A DNA stretch of 64,000 bases from Desulfuromonas sp. Lineage in GTDB: Bacteria > Desulfobacterota > Desulfuromonadia > Desulfuromonadales > UBA2294. A program made the translations under genes and the position numbers. This document shows, piece by piece, positions 63,904 to 64,000 of the stretch. Positions within the stretch are counted from its first letter, which is position 1; the number at the start of each line of letters is the position of its first letter. Location: NCBI GenBank assembly GCA_002869615.1, contig PKUH01000095.1:70039-134038 (forward strand). Direction: 5' to 3'. The notes under the pieces were generated by a model, which saw only the letters and a list, made by a program, of their open reading frames with translations, did not search any database and was not told the origin of the DNA.

Positions 63904-64000
63904 TCAGCTTTCTTCATCCGGCTGCTGGCGGATAATGCGAACCTTGTGGATTTTTCGGCCATCTGACTCGACAACAGACAGATGCAGTGCGCCATCATCA
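63904..64000 (-). CDS. CorC/TlyC-family protein, C-terminal fragment (5' end outside window)
   Basis: My reverse translation reads ...DDGALHLSVVESDGRKIHKVRIIRQQPDEES*, with the stop at 63906-63904. This resembles the CorC_HlyC transporter-associated C-terminal domain. The corC-lnt order is common in Gram-negatives. Confidence 0.55.
   Translation of the reverse strand, partial: DDGALHLSVVESDGRKIHKVRIIRQQPDEES

Overview
This is a chromosomal window with about 60 protein genes, almost all on the minus strand. I recognised no rRNA, tRNA, CRISPR array, transposase or integrase. Protein flavour and synteny (hfq-miaA-mutL, scpAB, class-1B pyrDK, yicC-gmk-rpoZ-relA, lolCD-bamA-skp-lpxD-fabZ-lpxA-lpxB-msbA-waaA-lpxK) resemble a Desulfuromonadales/Geobacter-like deltaproteobacterium; that is inference only. 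Bases 1-26 kb are housekeeping genes. Bases 26-48 kb are an LPS locus. It holds the ADP-heptose pathway (gmhA, hldE, gmhB), ugd, Kdo kinase, a heptosyltransferase, and a visibly AT-rich insert of about 11 kb (about 33.1-45.0 kb) that looks like an outer-core/O-antigen region. The insert carries GT2, GT4 and GT11 glycosyltransferases, one class-I and four FkbM methyltransferases, and one GC-rich TagF-like gene. Bases 45-64 kb hold lipid A and outer-membrane biogenesis genes plus lysS, prfB (canonical programmed +1 frameshift located) and lnt. The observations most worth a second look: (1) Three in-frame stop codons interrupt otherwise intact genes. Two diverged FkbM paralogs are hit at the same alignment column, and the only lolC/E-type permease is hit at its domain boundary. 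(2) A frameshifted four-helix-bundle gene has a stop that overlaps the gmk start. (3) A roughly 0.7-kb ORF-free, hairpin-dense spacer lies between convergent rpmB and ridA. (4) lpxK is fused to a ycaR/Trm112-like domain. (5) An Ig-like lipoprotein gene is wedged between prfB and lysS. (6) A glycosyltransferase-like protein carries sialyltransferase-type EDG and HP motifs. I do not see a clear self-contained novel multi-gene system such as a defence island. All functional calls rest on my reading of the translated ORFs without database searches.
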